Source of the DNA: Camelus ferus
Taxonomy: Eukaryota
NCBI RefSeq assembly: GCF_009834535.1
Contig: NC_045696.1
Span: 88,600,001 to 88,664,000, forward strand
DNA: 64,000 nucleotides
Reading direction: 5' to 3'
Positions 63,921 through 64,000 of the stretch are shown here, piece by piece; position 1 is the first letter of the stretch; each line of letters opens with the position of its first letter. Both the position numbers and the translations under genes were made by a program. Below the pieces are notes generated by a model. The model was not told where the DNA came from. It searched no databases and worked only from the letters and a program-made list of their open reading frames with translations.

Positions 63921-64000
63921 AGAAAAAAACTTGAGGCGGCAGGGGGGTGTGTGTGCGCTGTGTTCCTAACGATATTAGACCACTTTATACTATCTTTAAA

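Larger units (their letters stand above)
6271..64000 (-). other. PPM1L: 3' portion of the large PPM1L intron upstream of the exon (intron 1)
   Basis: No PPM1L exon-1 sequence (ending DGHGGE) or CpG island is seen upstream on the minus strand. The sequence is repeat-rich and non-coding, consistent with the known very long first intron. Confidence 0.8.

Noticed and set aside
1..64000. Prokaryotic-type or otherwise novel multi-gene system (operon, CRISPR array, intact retroelement or endogenous virus, horizontally acquired segment)
   Set aside because: No long ORFs, regularly spaced repeats, intact L1/ERV coding regions or compositionally foreign block. The sequence is consistent throughout with an ordinary eutherian intron. 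Small ncRNAs cannot be excluded without an Infernal/Rfam search.

Overview
Mammalian (most likely camelid) genomic DNA lying entirely inside the PPM1L gene (PP2C-epsilon, PPM/PP2C-family Ser/Thr phosphatase), which runs on the minus strand. The only supportable coding sequence is one 175-nt internal exon (6096-6270, TAAEYVKSRLPEALKQHLQDYEKDKENSVLSYQTILEQQILSIDREMLEKLTVSYDEA+G), recognisable as PPM1L exon 2. About 58 kb of the large upstream intron (6271-64000) and about 6 kb of the downstream intron (1-6095) fill the rest. The introns carry ordinary eutherian repeats: three tRNA-Ala-derived SINEs of the camelid vic-1 type with target-site duplications, young and old LINE-1 fragments, L2, MIR, MaLR/ERVL LTRs, hAT-Charlie MITEs and microsatellites. 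The other ORFs in the track are repeat remnants or chance. I see no evidence of a new biological system. The most interesting items are small: a composite, poly(A)-less L1-related insertion flanked by direct repeats (8108-9028), an apparent 15-nt L1 insertion with a 13-bp TSD (39236-39276), a candidate frameshifting cassette exon (48556-48589) and two CpG-enriched unique segments that may be regulatory. Repeat family names come from recalled consensus sequences and the edges of old repeats are approximate.
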